Source: an uncultured Methanosarcinaceae archaeon (GTDB lineage: Archaea; Halobacteriota; Methanosarcinia; Methanosarcinales; Methanosarcinaceae). Taken from it: 24,000 nt of DNA. How positions within the stretch are numbered: the stretch's first letter is position 1; every line of letters begins with the position of its first letter. The notes beneath the pieces were generated by a model. It was not told the origin of the DNA. It was given only the letters and a program-made list of their open reading frames with translations, and searched no databases. The stretch spans positions 1,917,336 through 1,941,335 of the forward strand of contig OW818660.1 of assembly GCA_942493015.1 (NCBI GenBank), read 5' to 3'. Shown in pieces: positions 22,642 through 24,000 of the stretch. The position numbers and the translations under genes are program-made.

Positions 22642-24000
22642 CTCTTATAAGCATAGAAACGTCTAGAATAGGGATTACCCGACCATCTCCCAAGATTGTA
22701 ACGCCGATAAAGCCCTTTAAGCTTGAAAAAATATTAGCCAATTGTTTGATAACAATTTCCTGTTGATCAATAATTGAATCAACCATCAAGCCTACTTCTT
22801 CATTTTCCTTTTCTACAATTATTGCGATTTGTTTATCTGATTTTTCGCACTTTATGTTAAAAATTTCTTTTAATTCGAGTATTGGAATTAACCTATCATT
22901 TATGTAGAGCACAGGAGTTCCTTTAACTAGCTTGTAATCATTTTTATCAACACTCAAGGCTTTAACAACATTAGAAATCGGGATTGCATACGTTTCTGAC
23001 CCGACTTCTACCAGAAGAGATTTAATTATAGCAACTGTGGGAGGCAAATCAATTCTGATTTTCGTGTACTCTCCCTTCTTGGAATATATCCTGACCTTTC
23101 CCCCCAGTTTTTCAACAGCAGTTTTAACTGCATCCATACCCACGCCCCTGCCTGAAATTTCAGTTACACTTTCCTTTGTTGAAAAGCCAGGGACAAAAAT
23201 AAGCATTCTGACTTCATCATCACTGAGATTTTCGATATCAAATGACGATAATATTCCCTTATCAAGGGCTTTCTTTTTTAAGACTTCCACATCCAGGCCT
23301 TTACCGTCATCTTCGATCTCAATTATGACGTTATTTTTCTCTCTTCTAGCTGAGAGTTTTATGTGGCCGGTTTCGCTTTTTTCGGCATTTTTTCGCTCTT
23401 GAGCATTTTCTATGCCATGGTCAACTGCATTCCTTACAAGATGAACCAGAGGATCACTAATTTCATCCAGAATTGTCCTATCTAACTCTGTATCCTGCCC
23501 TTCAATCTCAAACTCAACATCTTTGTTAAGTTTTCGACTTAAGTCCCTTACCATGCGTGGAAACTTGCTGAATACCCGCTCTATTTTTACCATGCGGGTT
23601 CTCATAACTTCGTCTTGCAAGCTTGAGATTGATTTATCCAGAGAACCGGTGGCTTCCTCTAATTCAGGTATGCGGTATTTCTGAGAGATCTGCAGTAAAC
23701 GCCCTTTGTTGATAACAAGCTCACCAACAAGATTCATTATATTATCAAGATTTGAGGTGCTTACCCGGATCGTTTCCTGTCTTTTTGTTTCAGAAACTAT
23801 AGTTTTGGATTTCCCAGATTCAGAATCGGGATTATCGGAATCATTTTCGGACTCGTCGAGATCCTTTATTTTCTGTAATTGGAATCCTTTCCTGCGAATA
23901 TCCCCTGATTTTTCTTCAGGAACCTGAAGCTTGTTTACCTGAACTTTATCTAATAGTAACTCTTGATCAGGAGTGTTCTCAGAGTTTGATTCTGCAACTG
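22625..24000 (-). CDS. cheA: Chemotaxis histidine kinase CheA (3' part; P1 and the upstream domains lie outside the window)
   Basis: The frame stays open upstream of the listed Met to the window edge. It contains the dimerisation-domain signature IRVSTSNLDNIMNLVGELVI, the N-box HLVRNAVDHGIE, G1 DDGKGLD, G2 GFSTKE..SGRGVGMD and a C-terminal CheW-like domain (IAIIVEKENEEVGLMVDSIIDQQEIVIK). Confidence 0.9.
   Translation of the reverse strand, partial: VAESNSENTPDQELLLDKVQVNKLQVPEEKSGDIRRKGFQLQKIKDLDESENDSDNPDSESGKSKTIVSETKRQETIRVSTSNLDNIMNLVGELVINKGRLLQISQKYRIPELEEATGSLDKSISSLQDEVMRTRMVKIERVFSKFPRMVRDLSRKLNKDVEFEIEGQDTELDRTILDEISDPLVHLVRNAVDHGIENAQERKNAEKSETGHIKLSARREKNNVIIEIEDDGKGLDVEVLKKKALDKGILSSFDIENLSDDEVRMLIFVPGFSTKESVTEISGRGVGMDAVKTAVEKLGGKVRIYSKKGEYTKIRIDLPPTVAIIKSLLVEVGSETYAIPISNVVKALSVDKNDYKLVKGTPVLYINDRLIPILELKEIFNIKCEKSDKQIAIIVEKENEEVGLMVDSIIDQQEIVIKQLANIFSSLKGFIGVTILGDGRVIPILDVSMLIRDDIDD

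Noticed and set aside
9189-23402. Other antisense ORFs inside arlJ, arlI, arlH, arlCDE, cheR, cheD, cheC and cheA (for example 9189..9569, 11130..11369, 12895..13170, 20968..21231, 22148..22666, 23037..23402)
   Set aside because: Each lies wholly within a well-supported CDS on the opposite strand and shows no motifs. They are typical shadow frames.
1-24000. Search for tRNA, rRNA, transposase, integrase, IS ends or prophage genes
   Set aside because: The intergenic regions are uniformly AT-rich with no GC-rich cloverleaf-like segments. No ORF shows DDE transposase or tyrosine recombinase motifs. The only long repeats are the archaellin cassettes themselves.

Overview
The window looks like a chromosomal segment from a Methanosarcina-like (Methanosarcinales) methanogenic archaeon. 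That assignment is an inference from about 40% GC by eye, very long AT-rich intergenic spacers, GGTGAT-type Shine-Dalgarno sites and the gene content. No database search was possible, so all product calls rest on motif recognition in the supplied translations.

Plus strand, 1-7.7 kb, holds housekeeping and accessory genes:
- the 3' part of a NirJ/Ahb-like radical SAM/SPASM protein
- a lipoprotein with a sulfite-oxidase-type molybdopterin domain
- a kinase-fold (APH-like) protein
- two tandem HAD (haloacid-dehalogenase-like) paralogs, the first lacking a canonical start codon in front of its catalytic motif
- valyl-tRNA synthetase
- two A-rich tandem repeat arrays (19-bp and 12-bp units), each directly after a stop codon

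Minus strand, 8.1-24 kb, is one large motility/chemotaxis supercluster. In transcription order it reads:
- cheA (5' end outside the window), cheC, cheD, cheR
- six archaellin genes arranged as three tandem two-gene cassettes, each with its own AT-rich upstream spacer and its own hairpin/oligo-T terminator
- a single ArlC-D/E-type gene, then arlF, arlG, arlH, arlI, arlJ
- an uncharacterised 291-aa membrane-anchored, charge-segregated low-complexity protein that is translationally coupled to arlJ

The most interesting points:
- the unknown gene tacked onto arlJ
- the amplified and apparently mosaic archaellin cassettes, with a near-identical promoter/5' block in two of them
- a Cys-rich N-terminal extension on CheD
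- the start-less HAD paralog
- an unlisted 53-codon two-TM ORF
- the two tandem repeat arrays

I saw no tRNA, rRNA, CRISPR array, transposase or integrase.
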